From contig NW_024704742.1 of the NCBI RefSeq assembly GCF_018977255.1, positions 131,318,001 to 131,382,000 on the forward strand: a stretch of 64,000 nt of DNA. The letters are read 5' to 3'. The translations under genes were made by a program, and so were the position numbers. The stretch comes from Callorhinchus milii (lineage: Eukaryota). The notes beneath the pieces were generated by a model. It saw only the letters and a program-made list of their open reading frames with translations. It searched no databases and was not told where the DNA came from. Shown in pieces: positions 38,031 to 51,164 of the stretch (its first letter is position 1; each line of letters begins with the position of its first letter).

Positions 38031-38767
38031 TTGGAGGTATGAGGAACAACATGATCAATAATAGATGGTAAGCATCAAAAATGCCTGTGATTTTAATAAG
38101 GGGTCTGATTTGCAGTATTTCTTAATGGGATTCCTTAATAAAATATCTGAGTCATGAAGAGGAGTTGGATGGGAATTCTAAAGGGGTCCCTTGTTAAGGA
38201 ATCGGGTTTAGAAATACCGCAATGTTAGTTCCTCTGTTTCTAGAGTACGTTATTGTTATTATATTGGAAGACTGGGTGTGTTTGTCTGACACAGTTTTGC
38301 TGAATGCTTTCCTCTCTCAGCTCATAAGGCTTTAAGTGACCTATGAAAAGTGTGTAAAAAACTCCTACAAAGAACACTTTGGAAAAACTGCAAGAAAGCA
38401 CTTTTTTTGGTTAAATAAAAGAAAAAACAGTTTTTGAACAGGGAAACAAACTGACCCTTGTTAAGGAATTGCTTTTACAGGAATTGTTCCCATGGAGTTT
38501 GCTTATATCAGGAGTGCACCGAGTCCCAACATTTAAATATCTTCAAAATGATGACCTGCGGCAAATGATTACTGCAGTTCTGACAGTTTTCGCTGGAGGT
38601 TTATTTCAATATGGAACAGGAATTGACTGGTAAGTGTGTGTGTGCGTGTGTGTTGGGAATGAGAGGAGGGGGAACACATGAAAAGGCAGGAGACAAAATT
38701 CAGTTATGTTCAATTATGTTAAGTGCTCCGAGATGCTATCCCACTTGAAGGGCACTACATAATCAAA

Positions 38768-39198
38768 ATAATAATAATCATCCTTGCTTTTGATAATAGT
38801 ACCTTATCACATCGTCAAGACATCTCAAATACGTTTCACAGGATGTGCTGTAAAGTGGAAAGATTGTGTATTTTGTGGGCAAAATGCAGCAGCCATTTGC
38901 GCACAGCAGTGTCCCGCAAACAACCATTAAGTGAATGACCAATACTATTTTGGGGGGGATTGTTGGTCAGCACACCGGGAGAAACTCCCTTGCCTTTTTG
39001 AATAGTGCTATGAGATCTTTAACATCCACCTGAACAGCCAGACAGAACTTCAGGTGAACATCTTAACCGACAATGCAATACACCCCTCGTACTGCATTGG
39101 AGTGTCATCTTAGACTAAGCGGTTCGAAATCCCGATGTGAGGCTTGAGCCCACAGCCTTCTGACTCAGAGGCGAGAGCGCTAACATTGTACCAGGCTG
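38768..39198 (-). mobile_element. SINE-B, full length
   Basis: Tail at 38768 through head (ttctgactcagaggcgagagcgc) at about 39198. Confidence 0.88.
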
Positions 39199-39242
39199 AA
39201 TAAATGTAAGCTGTGGTTATTGTTAATGCAAAACTGCAAATC

Positions 39243-39483
39243 ACAACAACAACAAACAACAAGTTGCATTTATATATCGTCCCTCAAGCCGGGTGTGTAC
39301 CAGAGCACTTGACAGTGACGGAGCACAACACTAAGCGGGAGGGGGGGAGGTGACCATAGGCATGGTTCAAGAGGAAGGTCTTCAGGTGGGACCTGAAGAT
39401 GGGGAAGGTGGGGCAAGGCAGAGGGATAGAGGGAGAGTGTTTCAGAGTTTCAGGGCCTGGTGGCTGAAAGGGCAGCCAGCAAT
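39243..39483 (-). mobile_element. L2 3' fragment
   Basis: (CAA)n tail and degenerate ORF2 end, similar to 22801-23070. Confidence 0.75.
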
Positions 39484-40593
39484 GATGCTATTCCCGCCCC
39501 GACACACTAACACTGCCTGTGCCACTCCACAGCGTTTGAGTTGCAGTCTTGGAGCAGCACGCCTGGCAGTTAACAATTAGCTGTAGATCTATATCTTCCA
39601 CAAATCTTTGAGTGATATTTCTCTTTGATTGAGCGTTGGCTGTAATTCGCTTTGTCAGACCAAAGAGAGCCAAGCAAAGCAATCAGTGGTGCTTATTGGC
39701 AGCTTTTAGATACGTTTCACCAACAATAGATATTTTTGTTGGTAAATGGAAACTATCGGGGATATGGAGCTCAACTTACATGTAATTTGCATTAAATCAA
39801 ACAGTACTTCTCCAGAGACACCATTTACATGTGCCTTACACAACTCGCATAATAGCTAGCAGGAGTCTCCTAAAGCCTTTGTACCTTCCGTTCCTAATCG
39901 GTTTGTGATAATTGCCTTGTTAAACCTTCCAGGGCATTAAGATAACCTATTTTCCCCACATTTGGGTCCCACTGGGGCTCTTTGAAGACATTTTGATCTA
40001 TATGGCCAACTTCTTGTAAACTTCCCACTGCATCATGTTTTCAGTACAACTGAATAATATTCCTTGTATTTGATATATACTTTGCAGAGACAACTAAAAG
40101 CGCTTCACGAGATTTACTGTAAGATTTAGAGACTTTGTACTTTGTAGGGGAACGCAGGAGCCAATTTGCACACAGGAATGACAGCAATAATAACTTGTGT
40201 TTACATAGCACCCTTGATGCAAATTAAAGTCTTGGAGGGCTGCACAGTGGCGGGGTTGGGAGAAGGTGACCATAAATACGGTCGAAGAGGTAGGTCAAAT
40301 TAGTTTCAAAGTATGAAATGATGTCTTCTGATTTTATGCCTTCCAATAGTTTTGTGCACAGAATTCAGACAAAATAACGAGACTGGGGACCATTTCAAAG
40401 AAGAATATGGAGTTCACCCAGTGCCATTAAGAAACAGGAAGGTGAGGAACCATAAACCATTCAGAATATCTATGTAGCCATATAACCTTCTGAAAAAAAG
40501 TCTCTACTGTACTACTCGAACTATCAAGTCATCCCACACACAGTACAATAATAATACGTCTAATATATCACCTACGGCAAAATATTAAAATAA

Positions 40594-41048
40594 GTGGAAG
40601 AGCAAAGGTGCTTGGGGATTAATGTACATCAATCCTTAAAGGTGGGAAGGAAGGTGGACAAGGCTGTCAAAAAAGCTAATAGAATCTTGGGTTTTATGAA
40701 CAGGGGCATAGAATATAAAACCAAAGAGGCAATGTTATATTTATATAAATCATTAGTTAGACTGCGGTTAGAATATTGTGTGCAGTATTGGTCACTCCAA
40801 TTTAGGAAATATGTCAAGGCAATAGAAAGGGTGCATAGGTGATTTACTAGGATGATACCAGGGATGAGTTGCTTGGCCTATGAGTGGAGACTGGAGGAAC
40901 TGGGACTCTTTCTGCTGGAACAAAGAAAATTGAGGGGTGACGTGATTGAAGTCTTTAAAATGGTAAGGTGTTTTGAAAGTCAATTGGGAGAAATTATTTC
41001 CACTGGTTGGTAAGTCAGTGACTGGAGGTCATCAATTTAGGATAGTTA
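40594..41048 (+). mobile_element. CR1 ORF2 fragment (post-RT region), inactivated
   Basis: EEQRCLGINVHQSLKV...AVKKANRILGFMNRGIEYK...LYKSLVRLRLEYCVQYWS...AIERVHR*FTRMIPG, with an in-frame stop. Confidence 0.93.
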
Positions 41049-41051
41049 GTA

Positions 41052-41434
41052 AATAATAATATTCCTTGCATTTGATATAGTGCCTTATCACATCTTCGAG
41101 ACATCTCAAAGTGCTTAACAGAATAATATGTAAAGTGAATTGACTGTATATTTTGTGAGCGAAATGCAGCAGCTAATTGCGCACAACAGCGTCCCACAAA
41201 CAGTTGCGGATTGAGAGACCATATTTTTTCTTTTTCTGTTTTTCTGAAGGGATTATTACCCCCGGAAAAGCGATTTGCCAATCGACAAACAACCGGGTTT
41301 CTACTTACTGCTAGGTAACCAGAGGCGTGTGGAGTAAGGAAACGTGCCTAAGGTTTCGCACTGCCTGGGAATCAAACCCAGGTCTTTTCGCTTGTTAAGG
41401 TGAGTGCTCTAACTAATATGCTACAGGACTCCAC
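41052..41434 (-). mobile_element. SINE-A, full-length long form
   Basis: Complete head, middle and tail. Confidence 0.92.
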
Positions 41435-42591
41435 CTTAATGCATTGTTCACAAATTGTGGTTACATTCTGCCCCGCACCAAAATGAGTTTTGCGGCAGTG
41501 GAAAACATACCCACAATTTCTGCGATTGCATCACAACAACAACAACTTGCATTTATATAGATACCACGAGCAATTCAGAGCCAAAAAGAAGCTTTCTTCC
41601 CATCATTTGAATCACCTCCTTATATATTCAATGCCACACAATTATGGAGATTGCACTGATTTTCCCTGCTAAAACTGGCTAATGTTCAAAGAATATTTTT
41701 TATATATATAGAAAAAAATATCAGAATAGAAGTTTGAAACTGCACATGAACATGAACTGACCTTTTCCTTTTAAGCTGCCAGCAACACAGATGTTAATGT
41801 AATTGGCTAGCCAAGGAGTATAATAAATTCCACCCGGGCTACTTAACCATTCTTATCACACAAGTATAGATCTCTGAACAAAATACAGATGAATATATTA
41901 ACCGAGTATTTATTTATGAATATTACCGGGCAAAATAGTGGTTTATAATGGAATATTTATAATTATAGATTGTCCTTGTGCACATCAGTGGTGCTGACAT
42001 TGACGGCAATAATGCAGGCTGTAATTATGCTGTAAATCAGTGCAAACAATGGGCGGAACAAGTTGATTGTGGGCTGCCAGGAATTCTCTGCAATCCATTT
42101 GTTATGTGGGGTTGGCCAGTGGCTGCAATTAAACTGAGTTTTAGTGCTTGTGAAGGTGAGAGAAAACAGGGCTGGAAATATTTCCTTTCTCAGCCTGTAC
42201 TCTCTTAGACTGGCAATGGTTTTTCACATCAGTTGGAGTGGGGGGGGGCGGGGGTGGTGTGGGTTGGAAAAGTGGGGTGACGCAGGTTCGGGTATGCGAA
42301 GGGCAAGTTTACGACTGACACTGACTAACCAGGAGGTGTTTGTCGCATGCGTTACCAAGCTGCAATGGGCTACCAATAAGGGTAGTTGACGCCAGAATGC
42401 TGGGTGTACTTAAAAACAGCTTAATGCTGTGATGTCGTGTAATTATGGTAGGTTGGTACTTTTAAAGGATGGGGTCAATAAATAATAACAGATCCTTGCA
42501 CTTGATAAATGCCTTTCACGTCAGGAGGACATCTCAAAGCGCTTTACAGGATTCACTGCAAATTGTAATGACTGTGTTTTGCAGGCGAAAG

Positions 42592-43632
42592 CAACAACAA
42601 ACAAAAAAATTACATTTGTATCGTGCCTTCATATCAGGAGGACGTCCCAAGGGGCTGGACAGACAGAGTTATGGCCCTGAGCTGGGGGTCGGGGTGGGGG
42701 AGGAAAGAAGGCAAAGGGGAAAGCAGGGAGATCGAAAGCACAATCGAAGAGAAGGGTCTTGAGGTGGGTCTTGAAAGCGGCAAGGGAGGGGGTGAGATGG
42801 AGGGACTGCGGGATGGAGTTCCAGAGGGTGGGTGCAGAGTGGCAGAAGGCCCGCCCACCGACAGTGGGGCAAGCAAGGCGGGGAACGTGAAGCAGGCTGG
42901 AGTCCGCTGAGCAAAGGGAGCGAACAGGGTGGTAGGGGGTTAGGAAGTCGGAGAGGTAGGGGGAGCAAGACCATGGAGGGCTTTGAAGATGAGGACCAGG
43001 ATCTTGAACTGTATCCTCTGTGTGACGGGAAGCCAGTGGAGCTGGGCAAGGATGGGTGTGATAGGGTCGTGGAGCCAACTGCGGGAGAGGATACGGGCTG
43101 CAGAGTTCTGGATGATCTTCAGCCTGTGGAGGGAGGAGTTGGGGAGGCCGACAAGCAGTGAGTTTGCATAGTCGAGTCTCGATGTAATGAAGGCATATAT
43201 GAGGGTTTCGGCGTCCTGCGGTGTGAGACAGTGTCAGAGCCGGGCGATGTTGCGGAGGTGGGGGAAGGCAGAGCAGGTCATGGCACAGATGTGGGTAGAA
43301 AGGATAGTTGAGGGTCAAACAAGATGCCAAGGTTCCGGACTGGCTTAGTAAGGTGGAGTGTGCAACCATGGATGGTGATGCTGTCAGCGTTAGCTCTCAT
43401 CCAGGAATTGATGTCTAGCAGACATTGTCAGCACAGCAGTGGTCCTGGAATCAAGGGTGGAGGCAGAGAGGTAGAGTTGGGTGTCATCCGCATACATGTG
43501 GAAGTTGCCCCCGTGTCTGCGGATGATATCACCAAGAGGGAGCATATAGATATTGAAGAGGAGAGGTTCAAGGACAGAGCCCTGAGGAAAGCCACACAAG
43601 ATGGTCCAGGGGCTAGAGGAGAAGTCGTTTGA
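42592..43632 (-). mobile_element. L2 LINE fragment with RT core, frameshifted
   Basis: CGFPQGSVLEPLLFNIYMLPLGDIIRRHGGNFHMYADDTQLYLS (PQG and YADD motifs), then the ORF2 C-terminus, 3' UTR and tail. Confidence 0.95.
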
Positions 43633-43656
43633 AGAGATGAAGTGCAGGCGGTGTGA

Positions 43657-43865
43657 CAACAATGACAACGACAGCATTACATTTGTATAGTGCCTTTCAT
43701 ATCGGGAGGACATGAAAGGCACTATACAAACATTGGACAGTCAGTGTTTTGGACCCGAGCTGGGGGTCGGGATCAGGGAGAGTAGAGGGCAGGGGTGTGT
43801 GGAGGAGGGTGCTCGAAGGCACGGTCGAAGAGGAGGGTCTTGAGATGGAATTTGAAGGAGTGGCT
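43657..43865 (-). mobile_element. L2 3' UTR fragment
   Basis: Tail and UTR similar to 42592-42790. Confidence 0.75.
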
Positions 43866-43871
43866 AAGTTG

Positions 43872-44112
43872 CACAGGCCAATGTTCCACAAACGGCCATG
43901 AAATTAATTATCATTTTTTTCTAGGGGATTGTTGGACAGGACATCGGGCGGGATAAACTGTTATTTTTAATAGTGCCATTGGATCTTTAAAGTCCACTTG
44001 ATCAGCCAGATGGGACCTTGGTTTTAACTGAAGGACGGCACCTCTGACAATGGAGCTCTGACTTTCTCCAGCAGTACACTGGAGTGTCAGCCTTGACTGT
44101 GAGCTCAGAGTC
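43872..44112 (-). mobile_element. SINE-B fragment
   Basis: Reverse Deu body. Confidence 0.75.
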
Positions 44113-45214
44113 CCGATGAATTAGAGAGGGTTTAGACTGTCCAGAATTGGGATTAAAAAGAACTTTTATTTGGAAAATAGCTGGAGAGAAGCAAAGAAAT
44201 TCTGGCAGAGTGTCATATTGAACAAAAAAGAGACAGAAAGTATAAGGTTTGTCAAACTTTCGTATTGCTATTTTTTCTATAATGCACCATTGCAACAAGG
44301 AGCGGATCCCTGGAAAACAGTCTCTGTGTTCGACAAGGGCAACTTCTTCACTCGCTGCTGTGAATAGACCTCTTCCTTCTTACTGTACTGCTGTAGCTCT
44401 CTTGTCTCCCAAGGCTTTGTATTAACTTTGCAGACAGACTGCTGGATGACTGCCCAAGTGCTGCTCATTAAAGTAAAGGATGACTGTGCTGGAGACTCGA
44501 AACTTTTTTTTTATACTTGCATTTGCACTGCCAGTATTGCTAGTCATTCCCTGGTCAATGTCTACAGTAAGATTCCCATCGTCCTGTCAAAGCCTCCTTG
44601 ATGCCCTCAGTCTAATCCTCAGTCTCCAAGATTTCACACCATTTTATAACCCAGCGCACTCTTTCGGATATCTGAAAGCTCAATAAAATATGCGGAGTCC
44701 ATTAATGAAAGCCCGAAAAGGGATAATTGAGCTTAGCTCCTGGAACTGCTGTGGGCAACTGACCATGCACATCGGACCACAAAGATAGAGGCTTTTAATT
44801 CAATCAATACCCCCTGTGCATAAGTTATTCAGGGCCTTTTTTTGTGACACGGAATAGGGTAGTTTTCTGGTAATTAGTTTTGAAGATAGGTAATAGCGAA
44901 CAGAAGACATCTGCATTAAAACTGCAACAAACCAACTGCTTTGCTCTGCATAGCTCAACTCCTGATCACGAGGCTGTTGATTCAAGCTCCACACCAGAAC
45001 TTGAGCTCACTACCCAGGCTTGTACTCCGTCAAACAATTTGCCTTTATACGGCGCCCTTCACGCAGAATAACGTCTCAAAGCCCTTTAAGCATTTTGAGG
45101 GCAGCACCCGCCAGCCAATTAATTGCGCACAGCAGTGTCCCACAAACATTCGTGGATTGAGTGATTGTTTATTTTTACTTTACAGTTTAGATAATTATTT
45201 GGGGAGGGCAAGTT

Positions 45215-45333
45215 TGCAGGACTATGGGGAGAGAACGGGGGAGTGGGATTGAATTGGATAGCTCTTTTCAAAGAGCTGCCACAGATACGATGGGTTGAAT
45301 GGCCTCCTTCTGTGCTGTATAATTCTATGATTC
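45215..45333 (+). mobile_element. CR1 3' terminus
   Basis: ggactatggggagagaacgggggagtggga...gaatggcctccttctgtgctgtataattctatgattct. Confidence 0.85.
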
Positions 45334-46213
45334 TACAGTGGCAGGGGAGGAGAGAAAAGGGTGTGAGGGAGGAGATGACCATAGGTGCACTCGACGAGGT
45401 AAGTTTTAAGGCGGGACTTGAAGAGGGATAGAGAGCGGTTGTGGGAGGGAGTTCCAGAGATTAGGGGTGTAGGATTGGATTGCTGAGCCAAGGATGGTAC
45501 AACAACAACAACAAAATTACATTTATATAGCACCTTTCATGTCAGGAGAACGTCCCCATGCACTGGTAGGATGGATAATACGCAGTGAAGCCCCATTTAA
45601 CTGCACTCCAGTGCGGTATTGGGGGAATGGGGCAATATTGGTTTAGACTCTGACTTAGACTTTTAAACCGTTGGGTTCAAGTGAATGTGAAAGGCTGCAA
45701 AGACGCTATTCAGCAATAGTTATGATTCACTTCACTTATCGTGTTCCTCACCCGTAAAGCGTTACATTTGCCAATGCTGCGGCAAATAGGGCGAACGTTA
45801 ACATCATATTTACACTGTAACTTAACACAGCTCACATCAGTTCAGTGTCAGCTTTGTAAATTGCAAACTGAAATACTGCATTGCTTATTCCATTCAAAAC
45901 CTTGACAGCAACCTGAAGGACACAAACAATTTTTTATAAAAATAAACAATAAATTATTTTTATTCCTGCGTTTAGGCTCCAGCAGGAATCTATTATAGGT
46001 TCTGAGAATCCAGTGGGAAATTCAGTAACGCTATTCATTGACAAAATGCATTATGTTTTCTGAGTTACATCCTGAGCCAAGCTCATGTGAGTTTGGCTCG
46101 TGAGACGCAAAATCAGAAGCTGTCTGGTTCAAGTGCCCCTTCAGGGTTCAGCTCATAGAAGGGCTGCCACTCCAGTGCAATACTGGGGGATCCCTGCTGT
46201 CCTTTAGATGAGA

Positions 46214-46331
46214 CATTTTGCCCACAAAATATACAGTCAATTCACTTTACAGTTTATTCTGTGAAGCGCTTTGAGACATCGCGAAGACGTGATAAGGCAC
46301 TATATCAAATGAAAGGAATATTATTATTATT
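46214..46331 (+). mobile_element. Tail-only SINE-A (~115 nt) inserted in a SINE-B fragment
   Basis: Starts at cattttgcccac. The host gatgagaca|ttaacaggtc continues on both sides. Confidence 0.8.
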
Positions 46332-46410
46332 AACAGGTCTCTTGTCTGCCTTCCCAGGTAAACATTGAAGATCCCAAATTGACTGTGAAGCAAGGATTAT
46401 TATATCATTA

Positions 46411-47045
46411 TAATAATAATAATCCTCGCGTTTGATATAGAGCTTTATCACATTATTGAGACATATCAAAGTGCTTCACAGAATATATTGTAAAGTGAAT
46501 TGACTATGTATTTTGTCGGCGAAATGTGGCAGCCAATTGCACACAGCAGTGTCCCACAAACAATTGTGGATTGAGTAACCACTTTTTTTTGAGGGATTAT
46601 TCCCCCCACAAAGTGATCCCCCAATTAACTAACAACCGGGTTCCTACTTATTGCTAGGAAGTAGAGGTATGTGGAGTAATATAATAATAATAATAATCCT
46701 TGCATTTGATATAGCGCTTTTCACGTCTTCTAGACATCCCAAAGTGCTTCACAGAATATACTGTAAAGTGAATTGACTGTATATTTGTGGGTGCGCAGCA
46801 ATGTCCCACAAACAGTCATGGATTGAAAATGACCAATTTTTTTTTTTTTTGGAGGGATTATTATTAGGCGTGTGGAGTAAGGAAACTTGCCCAAGGTTTT
46901 GCCCTGCCTGGAATTGAACTCGGATCTCTCACTTGCAAAGCGAGTGCTCTAACCACTAAGCTACAGGACTCCAGGAGTAAGGAAACTTGTCTAAGGTTTC
47001 GCCGCTTGTGAGGCGAGTACGCTAACCATTACACTATAGAACTCT
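46411..47045 (-). mobile_element. SINE-A long form hosting a nested short-form copy
   Basis: Host halves at 46411-46679 and 46974-47045. Confidence 0.88.
46680..46973 (-). mobile_element. SINE-A short form with GGAGTAA target-site duplication
   Basis: GGAGTAA at 46673-46679 and 46974-46980. Confidence 0.92.
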
Positions 47046-49204
47046 ATTAATAGTTTTACCTTGTGAAGTTATGATGGTATAATGGTGCATAATGGTGCAT
47101 TTCATGGGCAGTTTCCAGTTGCTGCAAACAGTTAAAAAGCTTCCTCCCAGGAAAATAATAACGTGAAATACAATATATAAATTCAGTAGGCTACAGCTTC
47201 AACTCAGTCTCACTCCAACATGAGAATCTGTCATTCTAAGTAAAAAAATACTTACTCATGTGTGCCTATGAATATTGTTCAAGTGTAAGGTGAGACTTTC
47301 AGTCAAGCAACACATGATTTCATCTGCAAGGTTGCTGAGCAGTCAAGATTGTGTAACATTCTTTGAAAGCCCTGTTGTTTCATTGACACGTTCAGCTGCA
47401 AGCTCATCATAATCATAGCGAGGGAATGGGACAGAACGCTGCTTAATTGATGCTCAGGTTTGAAAGTTTGGCTGCTACATAGTTTAAGGTGACACTCTAG
47501 TGCAGTACTAGTGGTGTGCTGCATTGTCAGATGTACTGTCCTTCGGATTAGATATATAACCGCGCTTGCTCAGACACACATTAAAGATTCTATTCAAAAA
47601 GAGAAGGGCATTTTTCCCGGTTTCCTGGCCGACAATCCAGATCAAGTTGGTTATTCATTTCACGGTTGATTGCGGGGATTTGGCTGTGTGCAATTTGGCT
47701 GCCGTGTTCACCCACAAAACACAAAGTTCTTGGTATGTGGTATCGCGCCTTTCACATCAAAGTGCTGTAAGGTGTAGCGATTGTGTGTTTTGTAGGCAAA
47801 GTATCATCAGCGGCTGTTCTTGTGATGCACAGCGGGCAGGAAGTGACCCAGCAGTGCTTCCTGTGCAGGCGCATTGTGCAGGAAGTGACATCAGCAGTGA
47901 CCCAAGTTGACTGGAAGTTGACTGTTTTCAGCGTGGGAAGCCTGGTCCAGGGTAGACCCGAGCCATCCCACACTCAACCGGATCCCATATATGTGTAATC
48001 ACAAACTCCTTGAGACGTTCTCTACGTGAGGCACCACAAGAATGACAATGTGTTGTTAATTGGAAGAACGAGTGAAATTTCTTTGCTTGAACATGTCACC
48101 GCGAGAAAAAAATTATTTGGAAAATAATATGTTGCAAAAACCAAATTCTTCACGTAACCTTCAGGAAGCAACACAGTTCAGACTCCACCTGACTGAAGGT
48201 TGCAGAAATGATCATTTGATCAGCTACTTGAAGCAGAGACAGAGAGGAATCTGTCTTAGGCCAGTTGTTAAAATAGCTTCACTGATCAATGGAAGACAGA
48301 TCTGAGATAGGATCATCTTTCCCACCTCTCTAAGGTGCAGTGCAGTATAACTGTTGGCTTCTTACCCTCCTGAAACTGGCACGGCAGTGACTCAAACCTA
48401 AGGTCTTCCAGGCTATGAATTTGGCACTTGTACATTCAACCACTGACCCACCTCAATATAGCACGAGCATTGCCAGGGGACAAGGCTTTAGAACGTTCTC
48501 TCAGACTGAAGAGCTATAGATACGAGCAGTTATAGTGAGCTGCCATTCGATTGCTATGTTGGGAACAACACTCGATATTCAGCACAATGAGGGGACCCAG
48601 ATGTAGATGCCTAAAATATCAATTGAGTGAGTAACTTACTAACCAGTGTTCAAAGGCATTTATTCACGAGTGTCGGCCACATGGATGTTGTCATTGTTGT
48701 GGAATTGTGGGTATCTGTGGACTTGTGATAAGTACATCTGGGTGTATTGTGCCAAATATCGACTGTAATAATAAATATACTCCTTTGGGGCATAAGAAAC
48801 AAACTAGTTTCACATCTCAAATGATAATTATTTTAACAGGAATTATATTCGCACACAGAGATACAATGGAGCTATATCAGCTTTAAATATATCTCGTAAT
48901 TTCTCCCATGCCAATAGATCGGTAGAGCAGTTAAACACTGGCAAACTTCAACATTTCAAAAAAAATCTCAAAATTGTAATAATAATTGTATCTGTTTACA
49001 GATATTTTGTTTCGCCCACAAAATATACAGTCAATTCACTTTACAGTGTATTCTGTGAAGTGCTTTGAGACGTCTTGAAGATGTGATAAGGCACTATATC
49101 AAATGCAAGGATTATTATTATTATTATCTGATACAGCACTTTATCATGTCGAAACGACTCAAAGTGCTTCAGAGTTTTCTGTAAAATGAAGTGACTGTGT
49201 ACGA

Positions 49205-49480
49205 CTTTGAACCCACACAGTTGAGGTTGACACTCTAGTGTGCTGTTAGGGGATGTGTTGCAATGTCAGAGGTGCCGTCCTTCAGATCAGTCATTAACCC
49301 AAGGTCCCTTATGCCTATTCAGATGGATGTTAAAGATCCCATGCCACTATTTGAAAAGAAAAGAGAAGGGAGTTTCTCCCAGTGTCCTGGCCAACAATCC
49401 CCCAAATAAAAAATTGGTCGTTCATGGGTGTTTATGGAATATTGCAAATGGGCTGCCGCGTTTGTCTACAAATTGCACCT
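49205..49480 (+). mobile_element. SINE-B fragment
   Basis: Deu body gaggtgccgtccttcagat...gatggatgttaaagatcccatg... Confidence 0.8.
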
Positions 49481-50204
49481 TACTGCAATAATAATAGTAA
49501 TAATCCTTGCATTTGGCATAGCGCCTTATCACATTGGTGAGATGTCTCAAAGCGCTTCAAAAGCGTATAATGTAAAGCGAATTGACGGTGTATTTTGTGG
49601 GCGAAAATCTTGTGAAGCATTTTAAGATGACTTCCCGCGTTATAACAAAGGGAGGATTATTTATTATTTATTTGTAGGTTGGCAGCTGATTTCACACAGC
49701 AGAGTCCCACAAGCAGCCATGAAGAGAAGGACGATTTTTTTTTGGTTTAGCTATGGGATTGTTGTTTAGGACAGAAACTCCTTTCTCCCAGATCATTCCG
49801 TCAGAAGCCCAATCTATACATTTTTAGATGTGTGGACTTGCAATTTTCACAAAGGATTTTCAAGTAGGCAACAGAGATTCATAAAAAAAAACTCGCTACT
49901 TCAATAAAAATCACTAACATAAAAAAAGATTCAATCTTCCAAAAACTACAGTTCATCTGCAGTTATTGGAGCATTATTCACTCAATAATTCTATGATTGC
50001 AACCACATTTGTCTGAGATTCTGCTGCCAACATTTCTAGGGGCCATGCAGACAGCTGTCCATATAACTGATGAATATTGCTTTGGTGCATAGGTAGACTA
50101 CAGTGCCCAGGAATTCAGGTAATAAATGCGGTTACAACATGGGGGAAGCAATGCCTGAATAACAGTCCAATAACCATGGATGTTCTGTTCTTGAACATTT
50201 GAAC

Positions 50205-50551
50205 GTAGAGTCCTGTAGCGTATTGGTTAGAGCAGTTACCTCGCAAGTGAGAGGTCCCTGGTTTGTTTCTCGGATGGACGAAACCTTAGGCAGGTTTCCT
50301 TACTCCTCACGCCTATCCTTCACCTAGCAATAAATGGGAACCCAGTTGTTAGTCGATTGGTGGATTGCTATTCCTTTTTAAAAAAAATTATAATCATTTG
50401 GTCACTCAATCCACGGCTGGATTGGCTGCCATGTTTCTCCCACAAAATATAGTCAATTCACTTTATAGTATATTTTGGGAAGCACTTTGAGGCGTCTCAA
50501 AGACGTGATAAGGTGCTGTATCAAATGCATGAATTATTATTATTATTGTTA
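50205..50551 (+). mobile_element. SINE-A long form
   Basis: Head, central block, partially deleted Deu-like segment and tail. Confidence 0.88.
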
Positions 50552-50799
50552 TTGACCCAACTGTCCAGCGCCTTGGAACGTCCTCCCGACGTGAAAGGCG
50601 CTCTATAAATGAAATCTTGTTGCTGTTGTTGTTGTTGTTATTATTATTTGTGGCAGTGCACAGAAAAACAGTTTTTAGGAACTTTGCCCAAAAAGGTTCA
50701 GAAATGAAAAGAGGTTAAGTTCAGGTCTCGCTTGAAATAGGAGGGAGGACTATTTTACATCAGTCTTTCTATTTTCAGCTTGTTTTTTTTTGAAACACA

Positions 50800-50995
50800 A
50801 AAAAAGAAGTTGCTTGTAAACTGGTCAAATTGGCTTCTATTAAATCCTCGTGTAATCAATCTGCAACTTGACATTGAGAGATTAATTGGGGCTTTCCGGG
50901 TCTATTTATTTTGCTTTGTAATCCATCTCCCATGTACAGATTACTTTTGCTATTTTGTCAATTTTTATGTGAGATGCGTTTTGATTGACTGAAAT
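50800..50995. promoter_or_regulatory. Candidate conserved non-coding element/enhancer
   Basis: TAATCAAT (50853), TGACA (50869), GGGGCTTTCC (50888) and TGATTGAC (50982) in a repeat-free island. Confidence 0.35.
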
Positions 50996-51164
50996 GTGCA
51001 TTTGTTGGGATGTTGTAAATCTGACACTGCTGATACATTCTACTTTATAGGGATGGCAAAAGTAGAATATCTCAGGGCTAATAGCTTCCTGAAGGTTCGG
51101 GGGCTTAACTCTATCTCGAATTGCACCCTGATAGCAATGAATTGGTTATATTTGCAAAACATCA

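Noticed and set aside
42629..43722. 246-aa and YADD-containing ORFs as an active reverse transcriptase or retron-like system
   Set aside because: This is a 5'-truncated, frameshifted L2 with no endonuclease or RT N-terminus.
44277..44468. 63-aa ORF faintly resembling Gypsy pol linker sequence
   Set aside because: No catalytic or zinc-binding motif, no LTR and no flanking homology; too weak to call.
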